NCBI GenBank assembly: GCA_000092065.1
Contig: CP000584.1
Length of the DNA stretch: 64,000 bases
Reading direction: 5' to 3' (one strand)
Origin: Ostreococcus lucimarinus
Taxonomy: Eukaryota
Below the pieces are notes generated by a model, which was not told the DNA's origin, made no database searches, and saw nothing but the letters and a program-made list of their open reading frames with translations. This document shows, one piece after another, positions 19,900 to 29,991 of the stretch (positions are counted from its first letter, which is position 1; each line of letters starts with the position of its first letter). A program made the position numbers and the translations under genes.

Positions 19900-21351
19900 T
19901 CAGCTTTGGTGCAATTGCGCGAAGTAATCCTTGTACAGACCTTCGCGAATGGACATGAAGCCGGCGATGTATCGCTTGTACTGCTGCAAGCGCGCGAGCT
20001 CCTTCTTCGTGAGCAACGTATGCAATCGCCACACGACGTGCTTGATGTATTGGATCACGAAATAAGTTATCAAACTCGCACTCAAGGAGTACGCACCGCC
20101 GTGCTTGATACCAGACCAACGAATTTGCCCTTCTCGCGGGAGCAAGCCCTCGAGTTGCGGGACGCGCGGAAGAAGCGTTCTCAAGCCGTGGGCGATGACG
20201 GGCGTCGCACAAATCTCCAAAGCCGCGACGTAAATAGACAAGAACAAGAACACCCACCCGAGGAGCATCAGCGCGATCCCACGGAGCGATCGTTTCAAGT
20301 TATCCTTCTTGTTCAATTCGTTCGTTTTAATAACTTGATCGATGCGATCTTCGATGCGCGTGCAATCCTCCTTCATCGTCGTCAGGTTTTTCTGCACCGT
20401 CAAACGAATCGCTCTATCGATGTCTTCACACACCTCCTCGATAGCGTTCGGAATTGGGACGGTCAAATCGTCTCGTGGCAGATAAATCGTCGGTAATTTG
20501 AACGCGTGCGAATTCTTAATTCGCGAGCTCAAGTTTTGCGTAATCTGAATCAAAACCCGCTGTCGATCGTGCTCCTTCTCTACCTGGTCCGCCTTCGACA
20601 TGTAATACGCCAGCTTGTCCGCGTGGTTCTCATTCAACGCCTCGATGACCTTCATCGTGCGCTTACACAGCGCCTGACCGATCGGGTCAAAGAACACCAA
20701 AATTAAGTCAACGTGGTCGGCGAGCGACTCGATGACTTTCGCCACGTCAAACGGGTAGCACATATCGCCATCCACCAACCCCGGCGAGTCCACGATGTCG
20801 ACGCAACTAAAGTTTTTCTCCTTACTCGTCGAAATCTCGGTAAAAATGTTCGCATTCAAACCCTCGACGTTCTGCACGCCTTCCAAATAATCGTAAAACG
20901 CGAACGTCGCGTCTCCCTTCAGCGTCTCCCGCTTCCTTCCGCTCGTCACGAACGTGAACCCACGCGTCTCGATCGCAACCCCCGTGGTTTGCACGCTCTC
21001 TCCGATGTACCAATTTATGAACGAGCTCTTCCCCGCGGAGTGATTCCCGATGATCATCGCGCTCACCTTCTTCCTCGGCTTGAAGCACTTCACCCTGAGC
21101 AGCGCGTCGTTCGCGATGTCGAGCAACCCGATCGACGTTCGCGACGTCGACGACCCAGCCCCCGGGCTCGGTCCTCGTTCGTACAATTCGTGTATGCTCT
21201 TCAGGATGCGCTCCTGCGCGTCGTCGCGGCGTCGCATCGTCGCCGTCGTCGTCGTCAGTCGTCTCGGTCGCGTCGCTCGCGCGTCGTCGCGTCGCTTTTC
21301 GCGTCGTTTTCGCCCCACGCACGTTCGGCGACATCGCCAGCGCGCCGGCAT
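19900..21351 (-). CDS. Dynamin-superfamily GTPase of the EHD/sarcalumenin type with a C-terminal TM segment.
   Basis: P-loop IIGNHSAGKSSFINWYIG and a downstream DSPG motif. The fold resembles the EHD/sarcalumenin G domain. Hydrophobic segment ALMLLGWVFLFLSIYVAALEI. Alternative start at 21237 (MRRRDDAQ). Confidence 0.65.
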   Translation of the reverse strand: MPARWRCRRTCVGRKRREKRRDDARATRPRRLTTTTATMRRRDDAQERILKSIHELYERGPSPGAGSSTSRTSIGLLDIANDALLRVKCFKPRKKVSAMIIGNHSAGKSSFINWYIGESVQTTGVAIETRGFTFVTSGRKRETLKGDATFAFYDYLEGVQNVEGLNANIFTEISTSKEKNFSCVDIVDSPGLVDGDMCYPFDVAKVIESLADHVDLILVFFDPIGQALCKRTMKVIEALNENHADKLAYYMSKADQVEKEHDRQRVLIQITQNLSSRIKNSHAFKLPTIYLPRDDLTVPIPNAIEEVCEDIDRAIRLTVQKNLTTMKEDCTRIEDRIDQVIKTNELNKKDNLKRSLRGIALMLLGWVFLFLSIYVAALEICATPVIAHGLRTLLPRVPQLEGLLPREGQIRWSGIKHGGAYSLSASLITYFVIQYIKHVVWRLHTLLTKKELARLQQYKRYIAGFMSIREGLYKDYFAQLHQS

Positions 21352-21582
21352 CGTTCGAGGTGTTCACTCGCTTCGCTTTGCCCGCGCTCATGCTCGCCGC
21401 GCGCGCGTCCGCGCGTCGTCGTCTGCGGTCGCGCGCGTCGCGTCGTCCCAGCCGTTGGTCGGCGGGACAAGATGATGCGCGACGCGCGCGTCCGCACAGC
21501 GCATCGCGCGAGCTCGCGAGCGCGACGCGGGCGAGAGAAACGCGCGCGGAGGACGTCGCGGCGCGCGCGCGCGCGAGCCGCG

Positions 21583-21589
21583 ATGTCGA

Positions 21590-21625
<36 letters not shown>

Positions 21626-22239
21626 ACGACGTGTTGGACGCGCGCGAAACGCTGGCGGACGGAGGTAAACGCCTCGCGCGCGCGCTCAGGGGACCGTTCG
21701 CGCGCGCGCAGCCGCACTGGAAGTCGTTCGCGCAGTTGACGTTCGCGTGTCCGACCGCGTCGGAGGTGCCGGGGCGGATGAAGAAGAATTTGCAACAGTT
21801 TGGATACTGCTACGTCAGCCTGGCGGCGGCGCTGGCGGCGTATAACGCGCTCTCGCGCGCGCTCCTCGCGGTGATGCTCGCGGGAGCGTTCATCGGACAT
21901 CATTACGTCACGCGCGTTCGACGGGCGCCGATCGAGATCGGTGGGCGAGTCTTCGGCGCGAAGACGCAGGGCGTCGCGTGCGCGGCGGCGACGGCGATTT
22001 TCTTTTGGAAGTTTATCACCGACGTGTTTTTCAGCGCCGCGTCCGTGGCGCTCGCGTTCGCGGCCGCGCACGCGGTGATGCGCGTGCCGGAACCGAAGAC
22101 GGACGAGGACGAGGGCGAGATTCCGTTGTTGCGCGATTTCGCCGCCGCGTACAGGGAGAGCGGCGCCGACGACTACGTCCCGCCGCAAGTCTCATCCACG
22201 GTTCGCGGTCTGTTCGCCTCCGTCTTCGCGCGCAAGTGA
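21583..22239 (+). CDS. PRA1 (prenylated Rab acceptor / Yip3) family protein.
   Basis: RPFARAQPHWKSFAQLTF...RMKKNLQQFGYCYVSLAAALAAY...LLAVMLAGAFIGHHYVTR...GAKTQGVACAAATAIFFWKF matches PRA1-family topology and motifs. The N-terminal (AG)n is encoded by a (GCGGGC)5 microsatellite. Confidence 0.7.
21591..21626 (+). repeat. (GCGGGC)5-6 hexanucleotide microsatellite encoding (AG)n at the PRA1 N-terminus.
   Basis: gcgggcgcgggcgcgggcgcgggcgcgggcgcggac is read directly. Confidence 0.85.
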
Positions 22240-22360
22240 GGCGAGCGATGTCGCACCAATATAAACGACGCGCGCGTCGGCGCACCGCGCCGCGTCCCGC
22301 GCGTCTCGTGTAACTAATAAAAATCCCAGCGGCTCGACGCTTCGTCCGCACTCGTCGCCG

Positions 22361-22966
22361 ATGCGCGCGAACGCCGACACTCGACTGGCGTACGCGCGCG
22401 TCGAGCTCGTGCCGTATCGCGCCGAACACGTCGAGCGTTACCACGCGTGGATGTCCGACGAGCACCTCCTGGAAGCCACGGCGAGCGAGCGCCTGAGCGC
22501 GGACGAAGAGCTCGCCATGCAGCGCGAGTGGGCGCGCGACGAGCGAAAGTGCACCTTCATCGTCCGCGACGCCGCGACGCACGCGATGATCGGCGACTGC
22601 AACCTCTTCTTCAACGACCACGACGACGACAGGGCGTGCGAGATCGAGATAATGATCGCCGAGCGCGCGTTCAGGCGGCGCGGGCTCGCGCGCGAGACGC
22701 TCGAGGCGTTCACCGCGTACGGCGCGTGTTCGCTCGGCGTCACCACCTTCGTCGCGAAGATCGGGTTCGGCAACGACGCGTCGAACGCGTTGTTTAAATC
22801 GTTCGGTTTCGTCGAGCGGAGTCGAAGCGAGGTGTTCGAGGAGACGACGTACGCGCTGCGCGCTCGCGACGCCGCCGACGCGCCGACGCCGCGGTTCGCC
22901 GACGCGTGGGCGCGAACGACGCGCGATTCCTACGACGCCTTCGAGGCGGCGCGCGCCGTAAAATAA
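22361..22966 (+). CDS. NAT9: N-acetyltransferase 9-like GNAT acetyltransferase.
   Basis: Collinear with NAT9 from memory (VELVPYRAEHVERYHAWMSDEHLLEATASERLSADEELAMQREW...KCTFIV...IGDCNLFFND...EIEIMIAERAFRRRGLARE...TFVAKIGFGNDASNALFKSFGF). Confidence 0.85.
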   Translation: MRANADTRLAYARVELVPYRAEHVERYHAWMSDEHLLEATASERLSADEELAMQREWARDERKCTFIVRDAATHAMIGDCNLFFNDHDDDRACEIEIMIAERAFRRRGLARETLEAFTAYGACSLGVTTFVAKIGFGNDASNALFKSFGFVERSRSEVFEETTYALRARDAADAPTPRFADAWARTTRDSYDAFEAARAVK

Positions 22967-23088
22967 CATGACCGCGAGCCGTTTCGCGCGCGCGCGATAG
23001 ACGTAGCGATAGATGTAGCGATCAGCGATAGACGTAGCCGAGCGCCGCGTCGCCGTCTCGGTCGGTCGGTCGTCACTCGCGCGCGCGC

Positions 23089-23571
23089 ATGGACAGACTC
23101 GCGCCGCCCGCGCGGCGCGCGCACGTCCTCGCGTGCGGACGCGTCGCGTACGAGTGGGAGCAAACGCTGGACGCGGTGTCGGTGTACGTGCGCGCGCCGC
23201 CGGGCGCGCGCGGGCGCGACTTGGACGTCGCGCTCGAGCCGACGCGCGCGCGCGTCGGCGTCAAGGGAAACGCGCCGTACATGGAGCACGAGCTCTGGGC
23301 GCGCGTCAAGGCGAGCGAATCCACGTGGACGCTCGCGGACGGCGAGCTCGCGTTGACGCTGGTGAAGGCGACGCGAGGCGAGGCGTGGCGGTCGCCGTTC
23401 GCGGCGCACGGCGACGCGAGCGACGCGAAGGAAGACGAGCGAGATAAGCAGCGGTTGATGCTGGAGCGGTTTCAGGCGGAGAATCCTGGATTCGATTTCA
23501 GCGACGCGAGCTTTAACGGGCAGACGGTGCCGGACGCGTCGACGTTCATGGGAGGGTGCGGCGGCGGGTGA
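23089..23571 (+). CDS. NUDCD2: NudC domain-containing protein 2-like (CS/p23 domain).
   Basis: YEWEQTLDAVSVYV...STWTLADGELALTLVKATRGEAW... and the tail KQRLMLERFQAENPGFDFSDASFNG align along the whole length of NUDCD2. Confidence 0.8.
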   Translation: MDRLAPPARRAHVLACGRVAYEWEQTLDAVSVYVRAPPGARGRDLDVALEPTRARVGVKGNAPYMEHELWARVKASESTWTLADGELALTLVKATRGEAWRSPFAAHGDASDAKEDERDKQRLMLERFQAENPGFDFSDASFNGQTVPDASTFMGGCGGG

Positions 23572-23596
23572 GCGACGCGCGGCACAACGAGACGCG

Positions 23597-24508
23597 ATGG
23601 CGCCCGCGGTGGATGATTACGACGAATCCTACGACGCGCTCGATGACGCGCTGAATGAAGAGTTATCCGCCATCGAGAGCGATTTGATACGTCTGAACTC
23701 GCGGTCGTGGCCGAAACCAGAGGATGGGGAAGACGCGCGCGGGGCGCGTCGGTTTCGCGACGGCGCCGAAGCCGAGCGCGCGGAAGTCGTCGTGCTCGAC
23801 GACGAAGACGGGACCGTGGAGGCGGCCGCGTGGATGACGCGCGCCGAGGATGCCATGGTGCGTGGCGCGCGCGAAGACGGCGCGGTGTCGACGAGGACGG
23901 CGTCGGGGTCGTTCGCGCGCGCCGAGACGAGACGCGACGCCGACGCCGATGAACGAGACTTTCAAACGGACCCGCGTCGCGCGAGATGGACTTTGGCGTT
24001 CTTGCTCGTCTGTCTCTCGCTGTCGTTCGTCGCGTTTGCGTTTAAGCGCGGCGAAGACGGACTGTTGAGCCCGATGCGCGTCGTGGAAAAGTTGGCGTAT
24101 CGCGGCGCGACGAATCGAATCGTCGCGTACTACGATCCGGCGCGCGTCGTCGAGATGCAGCGAAAATGGATCGAGACCCTCATGGATGAAAAGGTGCTCC
24201 TTATCGAGAGATTACGTCGCGCGCGACGCATCGCTGACGAAAACCGCGAATCAGCGCTCGCGTGGCGGCGCGCGTACGTCGACTGTCGCGCCAACAAAAA
24301 CGCCTTCGCCGAGCCGAAGCCAATCGTCGCGAAGCCGCACGACGCCACCTCGTGGTCTCCCGCGTGGTCGTGGTACGCCCATCCTCGATCAAAGTCGACC
24401 GTAAAAACCGTGAACGTGATCCGTCGGTTTTGTCCGATCGTCGCGGAACTCCGACTCCGACGAATCGTCGAGTGGATGGCTCGCCGACTCGTCTCGACGA
24501 AACGATAG
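23597..24508 (+). CDS. Hypothetical protein with one predicted TM helix (WTLAFLLVCLSLSFVAFAF).
   Basis: ORF-track ORF starting only 25 bp after the NUDCD2 stop. No family recognised. The start codon is doubtful. Confidence 0.35.
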   Translation: MAPAVDDYDESYDALDDALNEELSAIESDLIRLNSRSWPKPEDGEDARGARRFRDGAEAERAEVVVLDDEDGTVEAAAWMTRAEDAMVRGAREDGAVSTRTASGSFARAETRRDADADERDFQTDPRRARWTLAFLLVCLSLSFVAFAFKRGEDGLLSPMRVVEKLAYRGATNRIVAYYDPARVVEMQRKWIETLMDEKVLLIERLRRARRIADENRESALAWRRAYVDCRANKNAFAEPKPIVAKPHDATSWSPAWSWYAHPRSKSTVKTVNVIRRFCPIVAELRLRRIVEWMARRLVSTKR

Positions 24509-24651
24509 ATGGCGCGTCTTGCCCGCGCGCACGAACGAGCAACGCAAGAACCCATCGCAGACAATGTAACGCAACGCAACGCAGTCACGCACGCATTCAC
24601 CGTTCGTCTACCGATCTACTCAACTACTCTTATTACACATCGACGTTCGCG

Positions 24652-25104
24652 TCAGTTCGTCACCGCCGTCGCCACGATTTTCCCTTGCGTCTCCAAAATC
24701 CCCTCCACGTCCGCCTCCCTGACCCGTCCCTCGGCGACTAGCGCGTGTAACCTCGCCGAGAGCCTTCGCACGCACGCGTCGCGCGCCCCTCGCACCGTGC
24801 CTCCGCAGTGCGTCACCGCGAACGCCGCTCGCCGTCCTCGAAACCCCTCCATCGTCGTCACCGCCCCTCGCACCGCGCGCGCCCGCTCGCGATCGCATCG
24901 CACGACGCACACCCCCGTCATCGCGTCCGCGTATCGCACGCTCAGCGCCGCCACCGCGCGCCCCGCGCCGACGTCGCCAAAGTTTTCCTTGACGGCGTCC
25001 CGAATGGCGTCCAGTAAATCCCTCTCCTTGCGCGCGTCCTCCATCGCGCGCCCGTCGTTGTGCGCGATCTCGACGACCAAGTAGCGGTTCTTGAACCTCA
25101 CCAT
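24652..25104 (-). CDS. POP5: RNase P/MRP protein subunit POP5.
   Basis: 150 aa beginning MVRFKNRYLVVEI, collinear with Pop5/Rpp14-family proteins (MVRFKxRYLL...VRYxNxxTGxxxLRCxR...HxGGTIR). The rest of ORF 24652..26004 upstream of this Met is low-complexity run-on. Confidence 0.8.
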   Translation of the reverse strand: MVRFKNRYLVVEIAHNDGRAMEDARKERDLLDAIRDAVKENFGDVGAGRAVAALSVRYADAMTGVCVVRCDRERARAVRGAVTTMEGFRGRRAAFAVTHCGGTVRGARDACVRRLSARLHALVAEGRVREADVEGILETQGKIVATAVTN

Positions 25105-25206
25105 GGCGCGGCGTCGCGCGAGGCGCGCGCGACGCGGTGTGGCGACGATCGTCTCGTCGATTGTCGTCGCCCGCGGCGGCATTGACGCGCGCGCGAGGGC
25201 GTCGCG

Positions 25207-27675
25207 ATGTACGCCACCGCGAGCGCCAACTCGGACGTCGTGCGGAACAGATCGTTCGCGTCGCACTCGCGCTCGCACAGCGCGGAGCCGCTGGACGTCG
25301 AGGGCGGACGCGGCGCGCGCGAAAAGACGCAACGAAATGAATTCAGCGCGCATCCGAACGGCATTCATAATCGCGTGCAGCGCGCGATCCAGCGCGACGC
25401 GAAGGCGCTGACGAACGCGGCGATCGTCGCGGCGGTCGTGTGCTTCTTGCTGGCGTGGCGCGCGTCGTGGACGGCGGCGAGCGTGTTCGTCGCGTGCGCG
25501 GGGTCGTTGGCGTTCGCGGGACACCTGGCGCGGTGGACGCTGGCGGTGGACGAGGGAAGCGAGGACATGCGCGCGGTGAGCGATGCGATTCGAGACGGTG
25601 CGGATGGATTCTTCGCGACGCAATACGGATTGATCAGTCGATTGGCGGGCGTGGTGGCGGGGTCGATCTTTTTCGTGTACTTGTTCCGAGCGACGACGCC
25701 CGAACAGCAAGAGGCGGGCGTCGGCGCGTTTACGATGGCGACGCTCACGACTGTGAGTTTTGTGAGCGGTGCGGTGTGTAGTGGAGTGAGTGGATACGTT
25801 GGAATGTGGGTGAGCGTGCGGGCGAACGTGCGCGTCGCGAGCAGCGCGAGACACGGGGCGCGAGAGGCGCTCACGGTGGCGCTGCGCGCGGGCGGATTCG
25901 CGGCGTTGATCGTCGTCGGCATGACGGTGCTGGGGGTGACGATCTTGTTTTCGGTATTTTCGTTCATCTTCAGCGTCGGTCGCGACGGTGGCATGGATGT
26001 GCATGAAATTCCTCTCATGCTCGTCGGATACGGCTTCGGCGCGTCCTTCGTCGCGCTCTTCGCGCAGTTGGGCGGCGGTATCTACACCAAAGCCGCCGAC
26101 GTCGGCGCCGATTTGGTCGGCAAAGTTGAGCAGGGCATTCCCGAAGACGACCCAAGAAATCCTGCGGTGATCGCGGATTTGGTCGGCGATAACGTCGGCG
26201 ACTGTTCAGCGCGCGGGGCGGACCTGTTCGAGTCCATCGCCGCCGAAGTCATCTCGGCGATGATTTTGGGCGCCACCATGGCCAAGAGCGCGGGCATCGA
26301 AGACTCCACCGGTTTCATCATGTTTCCACTCGTCATTCACGCGATGGACTGCATCGTGAGCGCGTGCGGTATCATGTCGATAAGCGAAACGTCTACTCGT
26401 CGTGAGGATCCTTACAAAGTTCTCAAGGGTGGGTACAACGTCGCCATTTCGCTCGCCGTCGTCGGATTTGGCGTGGCGTGTCGCGTCATGCTCGTCTCGG
26501 ACAAACATCCAGGAGCGTGGTTTTCCTTTTACATGTGTGGGCTGATCGGTATCGCGTGCGCGTATGCTTTCGTGTTCATCGCGCAGTACTACACCGATTA
26601 CAAGTTCCCGCCCGTACGTCACATCGCCGAAGCGTCGACAACCGGTCACGGCACGAACATCATCGCCGGCATTGGCGTCGGCATGGAATCCACGGCGGTG
26701 CCCGTAATCGTGATCTCGATCGCCATCATCTCCGCGTACTGGTGCGGCAACGCGAGTGGTATCACGGACGCTAATGGTAAAGCGATCGGTGGGCTGTTTG
26801 GCACCGCTGTGGCGACCATGGGTATGTTATCGACGGCGGCGTACGTGCTCACTATGGACGTCTTCGGGCCGATTGCCGACAACGCCGGTGGCATCGTCGA
26901 AATGTCGGATCAACCCGAAAGCGTTCGCGATATTTGCGACGAACTTGATGCCGTCGGAAATACGACTAAGGCTACGACGAAAGGTTACGCCATCGGTTCC
27001 GCTGCCCTGGCGTCCTTCTTGTTATTTTCGGCCTTTATGGATGAAGTCACCGCGTTCACGGGGAAGCCTTTCAATCAAGTTGACATTGCGATTCCAGAAG
27101 TCTTCGTCGCCGGCCTGCTCGGTGCCGCACTCGTCTATCTATTCTCCGCGTGGTCCATCACCGCAGTTGGACGATCTGCGCAAGAAGTCGTGCGAGAAGT
27201 GAGACGGCAGTTTGCCGAACGTCCGGGTATCATGACGGGCGAAGAGAAGCCAGATTACGCTCGATGCGTCGCCATAGTCGCCCAGAGCGCGTTGCGCGAG
27301 ATGGTTCGACCTGGCGCGCTCGCAGTTTTGAGCCCAGTTGTGGTTGGCATCGTATTCAAAAACCTTGGCGCGGCGACAGCGCAAGAGCTGCTCGGCGTCA
27401 AAGCGGTCGCCGCGTTCTTGATGTTCGCCACCGTCGCCGGTATTTTGATGGCGCTCTTCTTGAACACAGCGGGAGGGGCTTGGGATAACGCCAAAAAATA
27501 CATCGAGACCGGGGCGCACGGTGGCAAAGGAAGCGAAGCACACAAAGCGGCGGTCTCAGGAGATACGGTTGGCGATCCGTTCAAAGACACCGCCGGACCA
27601 AGCATACACGTGTTGATAAAGATGCTCGCGACGATTACTCTAGTCATGGCTCCGATGTTCCTCGACGCCGTTTAA
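25207..27675 (+). CDS. H+-translocating inorganic pyrophosphatase (V-PPase/AVP1 type).
   Basis: Hallmark motifs GGIYTKAADVGADLVGKVE, DPRNPAVIADLVGDNVGDCSARGADLFES, DNAGGIVEMS and the DTVGDPFKDTAGPS-like C-terminal region. About 16 TM segments, 822 aa. Confidence 0.95.
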   Translation: MYATASANSDVVRNRSFASHSRSHSAEPLDVEGGRGAREKTQRNEFSAHPNGIHNRVQRAIQRDAKALTNAAIVAAVVCFLLAWRASWTAASVFVACAGSLAFAGHLARWTLAVDEGSEDMRAVSDAIRDGADGFFATQYGLISRLAGVVAGSIFFVYLFRATTPEQQEAGVGAFTMATLTTVSFVSGAVCSGVSGYVGMWVSVRANVRVASSARHGAREALTVALRAGGFAALIVVGMTVLGVTILFSVFSFIFSVGRDGGMDVHEIPLMLVGYGFGASFVALFAQLGGGIYTKAADVGADLVGKVEQGIPEDDPRNPAVIADLVGDNVGDCSARGADLFESIAAEVISAMILGATMAKSAGIEDSTGFIMFPLVIHAMDCIVSACGIMSISETSTRREDPYKVLKGGYNVAISLAVVGFGVACRVMLVSDKHPGAWFSFYMCGLIGIACAYAFVFIAQYYTDYKFPPVRHIAEASTTGHGTNIIAGIGVGMESTAVPVIVISIAIISAYWCGNASGITDANGKAIGGLFGTAVATMGMLSTAAYVLTMDVFGPIADNAGGIVEMSDQPESVRDICDELDAVGNTTKATTKGYAIGSAALASFLLFSAFMDEVTAFTGKPFNQVDIAIPEVFVAGLLGAALVYLFSAWSITAVGRSAQEVVREVRRQFAERPGIMTGEEKPDYARCVAIVAQSALREMVRPGALAVLSPVVVGIVFKNLGAATAQELLGVKAVAAFLMFATVAGILMALFLNTAGGAWDNAKKYIETGAHGGKGSEAHKAAVSGDTVGDPFKDTAGPSIHVLIKMLATITLVMAPMFLDAV

Positions 27676-27769
27676 AAGTGTAATTTAATAAGTGCTGCTG
27701 AAATTAAAGGGGAGTGCTGTACGTTGCTCGTCGAGAAAATTTGAATGATCAGTTATTGGTTGCGAGCGC

Positions 27770-28663
27770 TTACGCGCCGCGACCGATTTGCGCGGCTTGA
27801 CCTTGCATCAAGCCCATGCGAATATCGCGGGACGCCTCCGCGACGGCGCCCGGACCGGAAGGCACAAAAATGGTCGAGTTGCCGCCTTGCGTGCCGACTT
27901 CCTTCATGGTGTCAAAGTACTGCGTCATCATCATCATCTCCAAAACGTCTTTGCTTGAGATACCATCCACAGATTCTTGGAAGTCAACCACGGATTCGCG
28001 CAAACCGGCGATGATGGCTTGACGTTGACGCGCCATCCCCGTACCCGCGAGATACTTGGACTCCGCATCGGCTTCGGCAGCCTTGACGACCATGATCTTA
28101 TCCGCCTCGGCGCGATCTTGCGCCGCGACTCTCGCGCGCTGCGCGGCGTTGATCTCGTTCATCGCCTGTTTGACTCGCGCGTCCGGCGCGATGTCCGTCA
28201 CGAGCGTGTTCATGATTTGATACCCGAATCCCTCCATCGACTTGCTCAGCAACTCCTTCACGCTCTGCGCGATCTCTTCCTTGCTCTCGAACACGTCGTC
28301 CAACTTGATCCTCGGCACCGTCGATCGCACGACGTCGAACACGTACGACCGAATCTGCGCCTTGGAATCCGTCAGTTTGTAAAACGCGTCGTACAATCGC
28401 GTCTCGTCCATCGACAGCACCTGATACTGCGTGCTCACGACGATCGTCACGAACACGTTATCCTTCGTCTTCGTCTCCACGCTCACGTCCAGCGACTGCA
28501 CGCGCGTCGACACCGTCCCCGCGACCGCCTGCCCGATGAACGGGTTCACGAAGTGGCACCCCTCGCGCGCGAAGAACGCAAACTTCCCGCACTGCTGGAT
28601 CACCTGCACCGTGCCCGTGGGCACGCACGTGAAGCAGCAGCACCCCGTGGGGCCGGCCGTCAT
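27770..28663 (-). CDS. SPFH/band-7 protein of the hypersensitive-induced-response (HIR) type.
   Basis: Near-collinear with plant HIR proteins (RVQSLDVSVETKTKDNVFV, DAFYKL, YVFDVVRSTVP, VKQAMNEINAAQRARVAA, ESKYLAGTGMARQRQAII, TQYFDTMKEVG, FVPSGPGAV). The N-terminus MTAGPTGCCC is compatible with acylation. Confidence 0.9.
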   Translation of the reverse strand: MTAGPTGCCCFTCVPTGTVQVIQQCGKFAFFAREGCHFVNPFIGQAVAGTVSTRVQSLDVSVETKTKDNVFVTIVVSTQYQVLSMDETRLYDAFYKLTDSKAQIRSYVFDVVRSTVPRIKLDDVFESKEEIAQSVKELLSKSMEGFGYQIMNTLVTDIAPDARVKQAMNEINAAQRARVAAQDRAEADKIMVVKAAEADAESKYLAGTGMARQRQAIIAGLRESVVDFQESVDGISSKDVLEMMMMTQYFDTMKEVGTQGGNSTIFVPSGPGAVAEASRDIRMGLMQGQAAQIGRGA

Positions 28664-28754
28664 GTCGGTCGTCGTCGTCGTCGCGCGGCGATGTGCGTCG
28701 TCGTCGCGATGCGATGGCGCGCGAGATCGCCACGTGGCTTTTTTAAAAAATAAA

Positions 28755-28815
28755 ACTGTTTGCGCATATAAAAAGTATAAAAAGCCTTTTTATACTTTTT
28801 ATATGCGCAAACAGT
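28755..28815. promoter_or_regulatory. 61-bp perfect AT-rich palindrome (30-nt arm + C + 30-nt arm) carrying back-to-back TATAAAAAG boxes; candidate symmetric bidirectional core promoter.
   Basis: The sequence ACTGTTTGCGCATATAAAAAGTATAAAAAG C CTTTTTATACTTTTTATATGCGCAAACAGT is read directly. It lies between the divergent ATGs of the HIR gene (28663, minus) and the 28868 (+) gene, and is preceded by the palindromic TTTTTTAAAAAA at 28739-28750. Confidence 0.6.
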
Positions 28816-28867
28816 CCGACGCTCTTTTCGACACCGCGCCGCTGGGCACGCCGGACAGCGACACACG

Positions 28868-29938
28868 ATGGCGACGGCGCGCGCGACCGCGGGCGCGCCG
28901 GCGCGCGCGACGACGGCGCGCTGGATCGCGACGCGATCGCGCGCGACGCGCGCGACGCGCGGGACCCGCGGCCGCGCGCGCGCGACGCCGAACGACGGCG
29001 AAGCGCACGCGGCGTACCTGCGAGACGTCGCGGCGACGCGCGCGCCGGCGGAGCTCGAGGCGCTCGCGCGCGTGCTCGACGCGCTGGGGTGCGAAACGAT
29101 CGCGCCGAACGCGCGGCGAGGGATCCACCCGCTGGTGATGCCGCTGGCGAGGACGCGCGAGGGAGGGGTGATCGGACTCATGGTGACCGAGGACGACGGC
29201 GAGGCGACGCCGGTGGTCGAGGTGCGGGACGGCGCGCACGCGACGATGCTGGCGAAGAGCGCGAGGGATTACGTGCACAGAGCGATCGTCGAGGAGGAAG
29301 CGATGAGCGATGAGCAGACGACGACGGTGGCGGCGGCGGCGGGCGCGGTGGGGGTGAGCCTGCACGCGCACGGGGCGTTTAAGACGTCGGGGAAGGAGTT
29401 CGACGTGTACGTGACGACGCAAATCGGGAAGTTTCCGTCGTCCATGGAGGGGCTGGTTCGGAGACACTTGAAACGAAACGACGAACAGTCGGCGTTGATC
29501 ACGTGTGATCTGTACAAGGCGACGTTCGGCGATTGGGGGGCGCCGCACGTGTTCATCTCTGATTTATATTCCAAATTAGGACGCGACGAGGAGGCGCGAG
29601 ACGCCGCGCGACAGGCGTTGCAAACGCCGTGGTCCACCATCGGCGGCAGAGACGCCATCACGCGAATGATTGACGTCGCCGGGTGGTCTGGTAAGACCGT
29701 GGCAGAGATCAAAGAAGTCCTAGAGAGCCGACGCGGTCCATCCGCGGCGGCGTTCGACGGCCCGAAGAGCGAAAAGCAACTCGCGCGCGAAGAGGGCGAG
29801 CTCTTGCTCGACCAAATCGCCGCGGGTGAGATCGAATCCTCGACCGTCAATCAGCGTTTGGCGGAGTGTTACATGAACGCCGGCAAGCCCGCGCTCGCGA
29901 AGTTCATCATGTGCGGCGCGGGGATGCCGGCGCTGTGA
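28868..29938 (+). CDS. Hypothetical protein with an R/A/T-rich transit-peptide-like N-terminus.
   Basis: 356-aa ORF with mixed composition and a green-lineage organellar presequence look (MATARATAGAPARATTARWIATRSRATRATRG). No confident family. Confidence 0.5.
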   Translation: MATARATAGAPARATTARWIATRSRATRATRGTRGRARATPNDGEAHAAYLRDVAATRAPAELEALARVLDALGCETIAPNARRGIHPLVMPLARTREGGVIGLMVTEDDGEATPVVEVRDGAHATMLAKSARDYVHRAIVEEEAMSDEQTTTVAAAAGAVGVSLHAHGAFKTSGKEFDVYVTTQIGKFPSSMEGLVRRHLKRNDEQSALITCDLYKATFGDWGAPHVFISDLYSKLGRDEEARDAARQALQTPWSTIGGRDAITRMIDVAGWSGKTVAEIKEVLESRRGPSAAAFDGPKSEKQLAREEGELLLDQIAAGEIESSTVNQRLAECYMNAGKPALAKFIMCGAGMPAL

Positions 29939-29991
29939 GCGCCGATAGCGAGCATTGGAATTTAATATCGAACCCCACAACGCGACTCAAC

